Origin: Phoronis australis
Lineage: Eukaryota > Animalia > Phoronida
Length of the DNA: 64,000 bases
Direction: 5' to 3'
Assembly (NCBI GenBank): GCA_002633005.1
Contig: NMRA01000530.1
Location: 131,829-195,828, forward strand
How positions within the stretch are numbered: the stretch's first letter is position 1; each line of letters begins with the position of its first letter. Below the pieces are notes generated by a model. That model saw only the letters and a program-made list of their open reading frames with translations, was not told the DNA's origin and did no database searches. Positions 36,201-49,360 of the stretch are shown piece by piece. Position numbers and translations under genes: made by a program.

Positions 36201-39200
36201 ATAGTGTATGCAAGTGCTGAATATTTTTGTAGACCAGTGGCGGGGCAAGACTGCCTGTGGGCAAAAGAAATGTATTCCAGAGCCCAGTAATAAATTATTA
36301 TTAATGTGACATATCAGGTAGCTTTAAATCTAAAGTTTGTTTTTTTTTTAAGCAAGAGCAACATAGTTACCATAGGTTATAACAAACTTACTATTATAAT
36401 AACAGCTATAATGATGATTAGTTTGACATTCTTCCACCAGAGGGATCGCGCCAGGCTTCGACTTGTCTTCTTGAAACTCACCGACTATCAAAACGAAGAA
36501 TACAAATTGTTGTTTCGGGAACAATAGCAACAGTTAATTTTTTGACGTATTTTGTAACATAAAGATTGGTTAATGCAATAAAACACAGCACTACTAAAAG
36601 TTACATTGAGCCGAGTCAAATATGGTCAACTTCAAAGTAAGACAAAATAAGATGGGAACTTGTTAAGCCAAAAATAACACTCATTCTGATAACCTCCATT
36701 TTGGGTACAGTACAACAACAGAAAACAAGACTAGTGTTAATTTACCTGATTTGACAACTTGATTTTTGATGTGTCACTTCAAAACAAAACATTCAAAGTT
36801 TACCACTGTGTGATGTTCCAAGATAACACTCATATCACAAAAAACAACAGTCATACCTTCTACACAAAAGGATGACCCATAATTATTGACAATTTTGAAA
36901 GCATTAAAAAGCATATGAAGAATTTGCATGCTCCAGTTTTGCTAAGTTATTAATAGAAAATTACCAAGAAATCCAATGTGTAAATATTCAAATTCCATGA
37001 AATGTTGACCTTTACCCTAAATTCATATCTCACATAAACACCTAAACAGCATCACGCAGAGATTTCCATCAGTTCTGCAGTGCATTACTTATAACAGTAT
37101 CGATTGGACACTAACTGTTGACTTGCCTCTTACTATTTTTGCAGCAACTTTTCATCATCACAATACGGCCAAAGTTCAACTCAACTGGCCACATAGTCAT
37201 GGCAACCATAACCTACTTTTAAGATCATACAATTTTGGTGTTATCACCAATACAAGTCACATGACATACAAAGTGAATGCCATTTGCAGTCAATTAGCTT
37301 TTAGGTCAACAAAATATTCCTTCTATACTCACACTCTCCCGCAAATCTTCTGTTTTGTCAATTAACAGTTCAAGCCTTTCACCCCTGCTGGCAATACTGT
37401 CTGTGAACAGAAAATGGCACAGCTGTCAGCCTTGATTTAAGGAATGATACAAAATGCACGTCTTTAGTCAAGAACCTGTCAAGGCCACTGTCANNNNNNN
37501 NNNNNNNNNNNNNNNNNNNNNNNNNNNNNNNNNNNNNNNNNNNNNNNNNNNNNNNNNNNNNNNNNNNNNNNNNNNNNNNNNNNNNNNNNNNNNNNNNNNN
37601 NNNNNNNNNNNNNNNNNNNNNNNNNNNNNNNNNNNNNNNNNNNNNNNNNNNNNNNNNNNNNNNNNNNNNNNNNNNNNNNNNNNNNNNNNNNNNNNNNNNN
37701 NNNNNNNNNNNNNNNNNNNNNNNNNNNNNNNNNNNNNNNNNNNNNNNNNNNNNNNNNNNNNNNNNNNNNNNNNNNNNNNNNNNNNNNNNNNNNNNNNNNN
37801 NNNNNNNNNNNNNNNNNNNNNNNNNNNNNNNNNNNNNNNNNNNNNNNNNNNNNNNNNNNNNNNNNNNNNNNNNNNNNNNNNNNNNNNNNNNNNNNNNNNN
37901 NNNNNNTCACTGACTATCAAAACAAAGAATACATTGTTTTTTCGAGAACAATAGCAACAGTTAATTTTTTGAGGTATTTTGTAACATAATGAATGGTTAA
38001 TGCAATAAAACACAGTACTACTAAAAGTTACATTGAGCCGAGTCAAATATGGTCAACTTTAAAGTAAGAAAATAAGATGGGAGTTTGTTAAGCCAAAAAT
38101 AACACTCATTCTGATAAGCTCCATTTTGGGTACAGTACAACAACAGAAAACAAGACTAGTGCTAATTTATCTGATTTGACAACTTGATTTTTGATGTGTT
38201 ATTTCAAAACAAAACATTCAAAGTTTACCACTCTGTGATGTTCCAAGATAACAGTCATATCACAAAAAACAACAGTCATACCTTCTACACAAAAGGATGA
38301 CCCATAATTATTGACAATTTCGAAAGCATTAAAAAGCATACAAAGAATTTGCATGCTCCAGTTTTGCTAAGTTATTAATAGAAAATTACCAAGAAATCCA
38401 ATGTGTAAATATTCAAATTCCGTGAAATGTTGACCTTTGTCCTAATTCATATCTTACATGAACACCTAAACAGCATCACGCAGAGATTTCCATCAGTTCT
38501 GCAGTGCATAACAGTATCGATTGGACACTAACTGTTGACTTGCCTCTTACTATTTTTGCAGCAACTTTTCATCATCACAATGCGGCCAAAGTTCAACTCA
38601 ACTGGCCACATAGTCATGGCAAGCATACCCTACTTTTAAGATCATACAATTTTGGTGTTATCACCAATACAAGTCACATGACATACAAAGTGAATGCCAT
38701 TTGCAGTCAATTAGCTTTTAGGTCAACAAAATATTCGTTCTATACTCACACTCTCCCGCAAATCTTCTGTTTTGTCAATTAACAGTTCAAGCCTTTCACC
38801 CCTGCTGGCAATACTGTCTGTAAACAGAAAATGGCACAGCTGTCAGCCTTGATTTAAGGAATGATACAAAATGCACGTCTTTAGTCAAGAACCTGTCAAG
38901 GCCACTGTCATGAGAAAACTCTAGCCCACCATCGTTAAAATGCAACTTTCCTGATGAACACTGCTCACTGTGAACCCCCAATAATAAACGTTCACGGTGC
39001 TCATAAAACCTGGAGCCCAAACATCAACCCAAATCCACTACTTCTGCATCAACGTAAGAAGCTGTCGGCTAATAATTCGCAAGTAATGTAATAATTCTAT
39101 TCATAGTACTTAGCTCAAGACAGTACTGCACTAGACCAAGTTTGAATAACCACCAAATTAACATTCAAGTTAGTTTGTTTTCCTGCAATGAAGTTTTCTG

Positions 39201-42200
39201 CAACCACTATGGATGGCACAAGAGGTCCTGCCCTTCCACCTGTACAGTATGAACAAGCCAGGTTCATTATTCTGACTCCTTTTAGTTATTAGGGGGGGGG
39301 GGGGGNACTTGGTACTTGAGGTGAGAAACTGTTACCTTTCACTCCAGATGAAAACAATCTATGCACACCCTGCCCCCAACCCCCCGTTCTGGGTTTAATA
39401 CTTCAGGCTTTGCCAGTAGACAAAAATGCAAATATTCTAGACTACAATGCCAGACACAATCCAAGAAGATAATGTACCCACAACTTTCACTTGTGACTCA
39501 CCTATATTTTTTACCATGATGCCCCTGAGCTCATCAACTTGCCCTTGAACTTGGTCGACACGATTTAAGTCACCCTCACCCTCTGAGTGATGTCGCTGAA
39601 ATCAGTTTCAACTCACTTTAATTAAAAATCAACAGTGAGTAACGATGGGTCGGGTACTTTGTTTTGCACAACTAAATTAAAAATATCAAGTTTTAATGAC
39701 AGTTAAACAAATTGAAAGGAGTGACTGTTACACAAAGGCGGCACTTGATTGACTTTCCAGGTTCTGCTGGGTCAATCGGCTAAGACATCTGAGTGATCAG
39801 TAAGCTAGAGGTCGTCATCGAGAACCAATAAGATGTCTTATCCGGCTGACGCGGCGGAACCGGAGAAGTCAATCAAGGGCAACCGCAATGTAAACTGCTT
39901 GATTTAAGATTACGCTTTCTGAATACAGCAAAAATTCATAATCACAGAATTTAAAAACAATATGTGCTAAATAAAGTACAACAGAAAATAGCAGGAATTT
40001 TATAATAAAAAATTAGCGTATAATGGTATGAACACAGCGATACACAAAGAATGAAGACCAACTCACCATCTGTGCTGCAAGAACCCGTGAGAACTCGCTA
40101 TTCATAGCATATGGTAGTGCGGTCTGTGCACGGGTGCCATATTGCATTTGGAACCGGCGTTTCACATCATTTAGATATAGAAAAGCTTTAGATCGTTCAA
40201 AGTCCTGGAAAGGAAGTTGACTGGTTAGCATCGATGACAAAATTTAGTTGTGATGGTTAAGTCCAAATAAGCTATGCTCCACTGAACATTAGTCTGCATA
40301 TCTCAGTAAAACACAAAAATTCTAAATAATTCATTGAGGGTGAAAACCATGAGACCTGCATGGGTTCGGATTTTTGTTTTATCAATTTAACAGATTTAGG
40401 TTATTTCAAATTAATTTTTAATAAAAAGTTTATTAAATATGTGTAAGTAAGAGGGTACACTAAGACATGATAGTGTTTGCCAGAGGTCAAAAGTTTTCTA
40501 TCATGTGAATCACATGTAAACAAGCAAAAGAACATGCATAGTACTAGTACTGTGATTATGTTTGGAAACACCTTGGATTCAGTCTTGATAAACTGAGAGA
40601 AAAAAACGATAAACATCAGTTTCATTTTTGGTCACCTTCCTCTGGTATATTTCACTGACAAAAGTACTGGTTGTGTCATTTTCCAATATACCCTCTGTTC
40701 TGCGCTAGTACAATTTCTGTCCCACAAATGTTTTCAAGAACACAAATAAATGATCAAGTGGACCTAGAAAGTTTTTGAAGCTGGTTCACTGGACCCAGTG
40801 TTAGCAGTGGTAGGGCAAACACTGTAGTGACAAATGCAACAATTGTATAATCAAAAGTGATTTATTAAAATATAATTTATACATAATGCCATAGGCAGCA
40901 ATTTTTTTCTAAATCCAACTGTCACTATGACCTTTTGCAAGTTTATATCTGGGTGGCAACCGATTTTACTCCACTTCTGATGGTAACTGCGCAGTCTTGA
41001 ATAAACATTTTAAACATTAACCCATGTGAGGTGTTCTACACCCAATCCGAGTTTCACATTGAGCAACGCAATAACATCACCAGAATTGGGTTAACAACCA
41101 CCATCATGACGATAATTTTTAAGCCAAGGTCTACCAAGAAATGAATTCGCCAGAAAACAGTTGCGCCATAAATACAGTTGCTTTAAAAAAACAATGAAAT
41201 TCTTGTTGACCAATCAACAGAATTTTGCATCCATGTAATATAACTATGAATTAGAATGATTTGTTCCATTTGCCGATTTGTTATGTACATTAGACCCAGA
41301 CAATTTTAATCACTATACAGCGTACAAAATTCCCTTTCAAAGGTTTACCATTCCCAGACAACTGAAAAATTAAGTAACACAAAGCCGCATGTCTGCAAGT
41401 TGCACAAAACCATTTCAACTATTAGAACAGGCGTGTGATGAACACATGTGCACGAACTGGTATCTTGATAATGTGATACATTTGTATAATGCAGGCCAAC
41501 TGTATTACTTCATTTTGAGTAATGCTCACACCAAGAAATTGGCAAAAGAGGCGTATGTATCACCAGCCTCCTTGTTGTGATTCCCTGGCTTCTTAATCAA
41601 CTCGGAGTGACTGATATTATGCAAAAAGTAGGTCAGTATTGCAGTGTATTTTTCTACCTCCACTTAAAAAGAGTACAGTATAGGATGGGCAGCAGTGAAG
41701 AAGGTGATGACTCATTCTACTCACATCATCTGTAATTGCTAAGTAGATGATTCTGTCTTCAGAAATGTAGTGGAACAGGTAGCTGTAGGAAGAAAAAAGG
41801 TGTATGAATAGGACTATAAAATAATAATGAAAATGACTGACAAAAACCCAGGGGGTTACTCATATTGACAAGGTGCACCAAGGCGTGTACCGAAAATTGC
41901 AGGTAGGCGGCACTTTTTCAGCACATTTTGTGGGACCCCCGCTGGGTTTAATAGGCCCCTAAATTTCCATTTCATCCCCACAACAGACCCACCTGCATTG
42001 GCCTCAGACCCACAAAAGGTGCAAAAGGGAGTGTGAATCAGAAGACCTGGGACCCACAATAGGAGATCTCTCAGCAATTTTTGGTACACGCCAGTGGGCA
42101 CCTTGTCAATATCAGTGGCCCCTGGGACAAAAGCAAACCCGGAATATAGCATAATTTAATTGGTTTCGGGCTGCGTTTTTTAATTGATGTGATGATGCAG

Positions 42201-44246
42201 TATCTTCATTCACCATATTTTCAAAGAAAACAAACTTAAGTCATGTGATGCCATCGGGCATACTTTAGGATCTTTATATTTCCCTAACATCACTTGACGC
42301 CAGTTGAAATGGGTCGAGATGTATCTGATTGACCTAGCAGTGTGTGATGCCAGCTTTGAGGCGAAGGTTTCAAAATGAGTCAGGTGTGGACCACAACCAA
42401 TTAACATGCAATTTGTTTTGCCTAAAGTGACACTGATCATGGTAGTAATGTGGTATTAATACAGTGTGGTCGACTCTCATCGTAAAGTAAAAGTTAATTA
42501 TTTGTCAAGTAATCCTCCTCACAGTTTTTTCTGGGATCCTTACAGGTTTTGCGACAAAAGACAATTACAAGGGTCCAACATTTTGAGAAATAGTTTAACG
42601 CCTATTACTCAGCGCAGGAAACTGATTCTCAATATATGGAGCCCCTGTTGTACCATGTCTACTATAAATTCAACAGAAGTAGACATTATAAAACAGCTTT
42701 CAACTTTAATGAAATTTTGCCAACTTATGCTTCTAAACTAACGAGTAGGGTACTATTTACTATTGCCACAAGGCTAAAAGTTGGATATAACAAGCCCACA
42801 TTTTGGGAACCAGTTTTGTACAGTAGAAGTGAGCGACATTGGACCTGAATCTTCAAAAAATTAACTAGCAATATACAGAGCACCTGTTTTTAACCATATG
42901 CTGATAAACGAAATAGTTAAATTACTACAGTAGGCATTATTATTTATTGCGGGCACATTAATACTTCTTTACAGCAGAATTGTGTTCAAACCCACATACT
43001 ACTATTAGTCAGTGTGTCAGCCACAACAGACATTTAAACAGGACTGAATGTGACTAATTTAATTTGCACAATTACAAAAAACACCATGTAAGTGGCATAT
43101 GATCATTAATAGACATCAAAGTTTAATCTAGCATATAATGCAGTCATCTCTGGGGATAATCAAACTTGTAATTGGATGATACCGGATAGAAATCTCCTTT
43201 ATCTTGGAGGTAGGAAAACATGTTGTACATTGGCCTCATTTTAAAAGTGTTGAGCTGATTCTAGGAGTCATATTCCAAGTAGTATTGCATCTACAAAAAT
43301 ACTTCTTGAGTTAGTTCAACTTTCTGCCTTGGAGACAAAGACCACAGCACAGCATTGAAACTTCACTGGCATTGAAAGATAGCAAACAGTTAAAGCAATA
43401 GAGAAAAATTTGAAAAAGCAAGGCACCAACAAATAACACGAAAAGCTTCAATGATGAAAATGAGACTAGAGCACTGTTTGGCAGATGTTGCAGCATTGTG
43501 AGTAACGCAAACGTCGCTGTATAATCCAGGACCATTTTAAAGCTAAAATCTTTTCGCAAGAGTTCCAAATTTGCACGATTACCCCATTTTAATTTTTAGC
43601 TAACGACTTCTGGAGCATCATGTTCTATTAGTAAGCGTCTTATGCAACAACAAAGATTTGTTGTGCAAGTTAAGTCAATTGAAAGTCACTTTTTAAATAA
43701 ACATGAGTCAAGGGCTCCCTTCACCAACTAGGAAATTAAAATTGGAAAATTAATATTAAATATTCAAAAAAAAATAACTGAAAAGCAAACAGCAGATATG
43801 GGCTCAAAAACCTGAGCCGCGACTTGAAGACAATTGAAAACACCCTTGTTAGCGAAGAATTTTGTGTTTGAATAGAACTGAATGATGTCAAAGTGTTATT
43901 CATTTGACATTTAGTGGATTGCGGTTTTCCCAGCACAAACCAAGTGCCAACATCTACTGGCATTACAAAACAACCATACTCTGGTAAAAAATCTACAAAA
44001 CCATTGATGTCATAATTTTAAAAGGATCCACATCAGAGAAGGGCATTCTGTTACAGGGTTTTTCACTGACCAGAGCATCAAATATTCCACTGGCACTCAC
44101 CTGCCATGAGAGTACGTTAACTTGGCGTTTTCCGGTGAGATCTTGGACAGTATTTGTTCTGTGACTTCAGTGAAGTTGCCTGCGCAGCTGGCGTACTTCG
44201 TTAGCACCGTACTGCCACGTGCGATGACTGAGAAGAGTATAGGCAT
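33204..44246 (-). CDS. VAMP7: Vesicle-associated membrane protein 7 (longin R-SNARE), ~233 aa
   Basis: Exons (minus strand): 44101-44246 (MPILFSVIARGSTVL..), 41725-41782, 40067-40204 (DFERSKAF..AMNSEFSRVL), 39502-39595, 37333-37400 (second copy at 38750-38817; DSIASRGERLELLIDKTEDL with the zero-layer R), 36392-36484, 33204-33308 (TM, CGG..WP). Kozak CCACCATG. The phases are consistent. Confidence 0.96.
33724..34295. mobile_element. Non-autonomous TIR element (Kolobok-like, TTAA context)
   Basis: AGGCTGTTCCAGTAAAATCTGT ... ACAGATTTTTCTGGAACAGCGCT, with subterminal ACCACC repeats. Confidence 0.65.
34300..35560 (+). mobile_element. Degenerate 5'-truncated non-LTR retrotransposon (RT and C-terminal region; CR1/L2/RTE-X-like)
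   Basis: MLLHADDMVL (YADD-like), KKTKIIVFRNGG, QLFDKLVYPTLCY..EIW, HLKFCKQTLGV, ECGRYP, RFRRANHRLAVETG, EDESHFL. It has stops and frameshifts, and ends in an AAATAAATAAAGGAAAGG tail. Confidence 0.85.
35588..35655 (-). repeat. tRNA-derived SINE head / pseudo-tRNA; partial inverted copy at 35837-35900
   Basis: The minus strand reads GAGCTCAGTGG (A box) ... GTTCGATTCTCAG (B box), with an imperfect anticodon arm. Confidence 0.6.
36477..38910. repeat. ~1-kb tandem near-identical duplication (36477-37492 vs 37907-38910) across an N gap
   Basis: Colinear sequence with scattered SNPs and indels. The copies abut the N run at 37493-37906. Confidence 0.9.
38750..38817 (-). CDS. VAMP7: Duplicate copy of the VAMP7 68-nt SNARE exon (probable allelic assembly duplicate)
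   Basis: Appears identical to the exon at 37333-37400 and lies inside a ~1-kb tandem duplicate separated by an N gap. Confidence 0.75.
39728..39893. mobile_element. Hairpin MITE (~55-bp imperfect arms) in a VAMP7 intron
   Basis: TTGATTGACTTTCCAGGTTCTGCTGGGTCAATCGGCTAAGACATCT / AGATGTCTTATCCGGCTGACGCGGCGGAACCGGAGAAGTCAATCAA. Confidence 0.7.
41847..42126. mobile_element. MITE with ~55-bp TIRs (CCCAGGGG termini)
   Basis: CCCAGGGGGTTACTCATATTGACAAGGTGC...GTGTACCGAAAATTGC versus its reverse complement at 42073-42126. Flanks are ACAAAAA and ACAAAAG. Confidence 0.75.
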
Positions 44247-44379
44247 GGTGGGAACAGGATGACAATGGACTCAGACTACCTGGAAGAGCATAAACATGTT
44301 CATCAAGTACAATCAGCCGATTTCTAAAAAAATAATTGTGAAACAAAATTCATCTTTTTTCGTTTCTCAGCCACTTTAA

Positions 44380-44905
44380 AGAGGCCAGGAACGTGATAAA
44401 CAGTGAGACTAAATTGCAATGATAAAAGTGGTTCTCTGCCACTGAAATCGAATTCAACCTGCTAACCAGGTAATTTTGGGTTTGTTTATTAATATTTTTA
44501 AACTGTTGATATCAAAGCGTTTCCTATTAGTTTCAAATTTGAAAAAAAAACAATCTGTCAACTGCTCGCCATTTCCTTGATTTTTCGTCCACAAGGAAAA
44601 GCACGTCTCCCTATATGGTATGGCAAGACATAGACGCACAACATTCCCCGTATAAGAAAAATGTGACCATTGACCTCGAGCGATTTCAAGCAATTGACTG
44701 TGAGTGCATCCACGCATTTATCACAAGTGGGAGGGAGATTAGTAATTAAAGTAGTAACCACAGTTTTTTCTTCACGCATATTTCAAAAATCCTGAATTTT
44801 CCGATTCTTTCCGGAATTTCCTCTGTACTAGACAATTCGAAATTGTACTTTCGTCAGGAATTGTTTAAAAGATATTTTTGACCAGCTTTCACATTCCATG
44901 CCTCT
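44380..44905. mobile_element. Non-autonomous Kolobok-like element with TTAA TSD
   Basis: TTAA|AGAGGCCAGGAACGTGA ... TCACATTCCATGCCTCT|TTAA. Confidence 0.7.
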
Positions 44906-46149
44906 TTAAAGTTTAAAAATAGGTTTAAATGCATGCAATTTGTCTGAATAATCACATGGTAAGTTATTAGATATTTAAACATGATGACTTAACTTGTTGC
45001 AATCAACTTTTATGGCAAAGGAAAGACCAGAATTTTAACATGACTGCCATCTGATGTCCAATCTTGGCAAGATTTTGCAATTACAGGATATTTATGTTGT
45101 GGGGAACATACAGGGATAGCATGTGTTACACACATGGACATTAGAAGCATGGTCAGACTTTGGCTTGACATTGCAGAGAGATCTGGAAGATTCATGGCAC
45201 AAGGTGTCCCTTTGATAAGTTTTAACTTAAAGTGACATTTTATCAGTTTAGATGACAGTTTAGTTTGGCAGTTAGAGAGGTGGACGCCAAAAAGGACGTA
45301 ACTGGTCACCAGGTAGGGTTGAGAATGTCAAACATCAAAAATGGAAAAGCGCCTGTTCAATAGAAACTTACTACCACAAACAAATTTTATGGAAATCTAT
45401 TAAGGAGCTACAGAGATAAAGTGACAAATGCAAAGAGCTTAAATTGCCACTAGGGGGCAGGGCGGCAGTCACATCAGTCCGAAAAAAATCTGCCACACCA
45501 TATTGAGATTTTTGCAATGGTTTTACAAGTACAGCAGTGGATGTCAGACAGAAATGACACCAATATGCAGGCACATAAAAAGGTGGTTTCTCAAAAGTTA
45601 TCACCAGCTGCTGGCGAAAATTATCAGTTGGTATTTTAAAAAACCCACTAGGATTACCTAGCCTTAGAAAACCAACTGGGTGTATGAAATGATCTCCCAA
45701 AAATAACTGGAGCCACCAGTATACTAAATGTTTTTCAATCATGAACTGTTCACAATTCCTTGTCATTGTAACAGTAGCGACATCTGGAGATTGCCTTAAA
45801 AACTAATGCTCATATGTGTACTTCCTCTGTAGACTAAAGCAGTGCCACCTCCTTCTGGCTCTGTGCTTTGTAAATGCTTGTAGCACCAATGTCGGAAACT
45901 AGCACTTGCACTAATGTTAGCTTGTCATATCTTAAGCCCGATGTTAAATAAACTTTACTTTGCTATGAAGATGTCAAAATACAGCTAGTAACTGTTGTGT
46001 GTTAACTTCACATAGATCAAAAACTTTCACACCGCCCCGATAGTTCTGCTGATCACCATGTAATGAGACTTATATCAACATGCAGACCTAATGACTGGCT
46101 GAGGGGGTAATCTGAGCCAACTCACACATTACTAGTAACAGGCGTTTAA

Positions 46150-47334
46150 AAGGGAACTGTAATTTATTCTGAATAAATTCTGGATAGTTTTCTATGAATT
46201 GTTGATTAATTTCACAAATAATTCAACACCAAAAATTAAACTTATATTCTCTAAAGAAGCTAAAAAAATTACCGGCTTGGAGCGCTGCTTAGTCTCGTGA
46301 CGTATTTGGCGGGGGCAAAGTCACTGTCCTGTGTTAGCGTGCAATCAAGTAGCGTTCTTCATATTGTCGGAATAAGAAATTTTAGTGTGAAATGTCGGGT
46401 CACCAGGGATACCTGTTTGAGCCGAGGCAACACAAAGTGATACCCAGTCATCGTCATCGTCAGACGAAAATTTGCCGGTGCAACTGGTGTCAGTGACTGT
46501 GCCGAGGGCAATGTNNNNNNNNNNNNNNNNNNNNNNNNNNNNNNNNNNNNNNNNNNNNNNNNNNNNNNNNNNNNNNNNNNNNNNNNNNNNNNNNNNNNNN
46601 NNNNNNNNNNNNNNNNNNNNNNNNNNNNNNNNNNNNNNNNNNNNNNNNNNNNNNNNNNNNNNNNNNNNNNNNNNNNNNNNNNNNNNNNNNNNNNNNNNNN
46701 NNNNNNNNNNNNNNNNNNNNNNNNNNNNNNNNNNNNNNNNNNNNNNNNNNNNNNNNNNNNNNNNNNNNNNNNNNNNNNNNNNNNNNNNNNNNNNNNNNNN
46801 NNNNNNNNNNNNNNNNNNNNNNNNNNNNNNNNNNNNNNNNNNNNNNNNNNNNNNNNNNNNNNNNNNNNNNNNNNNNNNNNNNNNNNNNNNNNNNNNNNNN
46901 NNNNNNNNNNNNNNNNNNNNNNNNNNNNNNNNNNNNNNNGGCCAAGGTTTGGGTAACCCGGCGATGGTATGCGATGACCATCCCTTTAGAAGACACCTTT
47001 TTCGAAGAGTTTGAGCAACCAGGTGCCATACAAAAAGGCATAGCGAACCTTTTACAGCACTTTGGCAAACAATAAAAAATAAGGACGATTGATACAATGA
47101 TAAATTACGATGTAAACTCTTCAAATATGACATAAGCAATGAATGTGTAAAACAGCCGATACCCCGCCGTTCACGTCACTGACACATCAGCCAATCAGCG
47201 ATCGCTTTCAGAATTCAGTGTTTTGACCATGAATTCGAATTGGCTTTAGTTTGGCACGCAAGTCAGGCAAATGAGAGTTTTATTTGTATGTTAGAACCGA
47301 TTAACTGCAACATTATTTTGACTACAGTCCCCTT
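46150..47334 (-). mobile_element. Kolobok-like DNA transposon (TTAA TSD) carrying the start of a THAP domain; internal part in an N gap
   Basis: Termini AAGGGAACTGTA...TACAGTCCCCTT, flanked by TTAA (46146-46149 and 47335-47338). The empty site has a single TTAA at 50839-50842. A minus-strand ORF MPFCMAPGCSNSSKK (from 47041) is THAP-like. Confidence 0.8.
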
Positions 47335-48982
47335 TTAAGTTAAAAACAATCTAGCGTCGTGCTTTAGCTTTTTCACAGAAAAATTTGTTGGCCGCTTGAA
47401 ATCAGTACACTCGATCATGACGCGCACTGTTTTCTAATTTTTTGAGACATCTTTCAGGATGTGATGATAGCTTCACTAAAGTCAAATTTTGTTCAGAAAT
47501 CCGGTTTTCTGGTAATAGAATAGTTTCTATTAATAAAAACTTTTAACTAATTGAAACCATTCCCAATATCTTGGTGTGAACCGTATACCTTACAAACAAA
47601 ATCCAGTTGATTGAAGAATTGGCAAATAAAGATAGTGGCCAACTTGACACTATTTCACCACCTTGAAGGCCGACCAATCGATACAATCTTATCAGATCCA
47701 TAAACTTAACAGGAGAAAAATGAAAAAAACAGCCATTTTACAGCAGTATTAACTAATTTATTGTAACACTCACAAAAATGTAGCCACAGAGCAAAACCGA
47801 CGCGGGTAAAACATGTTAGCCAAAATCTGACCGACGCAAACACCAACTTTAAAACTTACACTCTTTTTTGTGTATTAGTTACCAGTACTAAAAATTGCAG
47901 TCCTGCCCTTATTCTGTTGGTAATGCAATGAAGTGATGTTAAGTGTCAGTTCTCAAGGCCATGAAATAGCCGTCATGCACTTACTAGTCATTTTTTTGCC
48001 AATTCTCCAATAGGCATTCATTATCCACAAGCTTGCGTACATAACACAACAACTTATAAGAACTGGTTTCACTATGTATATATCAATTTTTAGCTCAGTT
48101 ATGCACGGGCATACGTGTCATGACAGACCTTTTTTGTTACAGAAAGCTGAGAAATGTAAGAAAATGAAGTTTAGTATATGACGGTGCATTCTGTCGTTCA
48201 GCAACTTTTCCAGATGTGAGGGGTGCTGAGCGTGCGATAACATCTGGCTCCTTTGCTAACTGCCCAGCAGTGTTTTGTCCCGTGTGATAACAAGCAGGCC
48301 AATTATCTCCCAGGCTTCAAAGGGTTACTGAAACCTGGTAGAACTACTTTCGACACCGGGTAGAGGTTTTCATCAACAATGAATAAACAATGGCGTACAG
48401 GGGTGATCTTCCCAACTTGTTGTTGGGTATAAAATCGAACAAGTTGGGAGCAACGGGAAAACGCTGTAATGAGATTTATTTTCAATAAAACTGCTACAAT
48501 GGGCAAGGTGACTGTCGGTTCACCTGCAGATTTTGCATGGGCCTCCGCCGGTCATTAGCGCTGTATGGTTATATGAGTTTCACGACGAAGTGACAAGCAG
48601 AACCGTTCCTGGGAAGTGTGAAATTTGGAGGTGTATGTGAAGTTAATTATAGGCTAACACAGCAGCTCCTGGATGTATTTTGAGAGTCTCGATACATCTA
48701 TAGGCATGCAACACATAGCCCATCCGGTGGCTGGCCACAGGAAGGGCGACCTAAAGTTGAAAGAACAGTAATTTTTAGAAACTTTTTGCCAGATTTTATT
48801 TTGACAGTTTTTTTCCCAATCCAATTAAGCATGCACTACAGGAATTAAGATGACGTTGGTGAAGAATTTCAACCCGAGATATCTTCGAAACCCTACCCAA
48901 ACCCATTTAGACACATAACTCATCTGTAAACACTGGTAGTGGTAAATAAGCATTTCATTCTAGGACTGGCCCAGGTCACAAT

Positions 48983-49088
48983 CACAGGCGTCCTCAGCTT
49001 CTGATCGTCCCCAATACACTACATATAATACTACAAGTAGTATTATATGTAGTGTATTGGGGACGATCAGAAGCTGAGGACGCCTGTG
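48983..49088. mobile_element. 106-bp perfect palindromic MITE with 8-bp TSD
   Basis: Two 52-bp perfect arms around a 2-nt centre, termini CACAGGCG...CGCCTGTG. TSD GTCACAAT (48975-48982 and 49089-49096). It is absent from the other copy (~52467). Confidence 0.92.
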
Positions 49089-49360
49089 GTCACAATCAGT
49101 TTGTCACATTAGCTGACAACGTCGTCACATTACCCTTCTCCTTCTTTTTCTATTCTGAATTTGTCAAACCGAAAACCAATAGCTGAGCGGATACAACCCT
49201 TTAATTAGTAACATGAGTTCAAGTATACAAACCAAACAAGAGGACTTCCTCGATCGACGTTGTTGTTCGTGCCCTTGCCTTGCGCTTTCTATTTTCCTTT
49301 TCCGTGTGACGTCATATACACATGACTTATGAGAACAACACGCATGTGCAAGCGGAAAAC

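Noticed and set aside
37454-38046. Long ORFs spanning N runs (also 46345-47139)
   Set aside because: These are artefacts of translating gaps. Only the THAP-like start at 47041 is meaningful.
44981-45056. Box C/D snoRNA-like ATGATGA...CTGA (also 27144-27211)
   Set aside because: One is antisense to the host intron and the other lies within a 3'UTR. No rRNA-complementary guide was recognisable.
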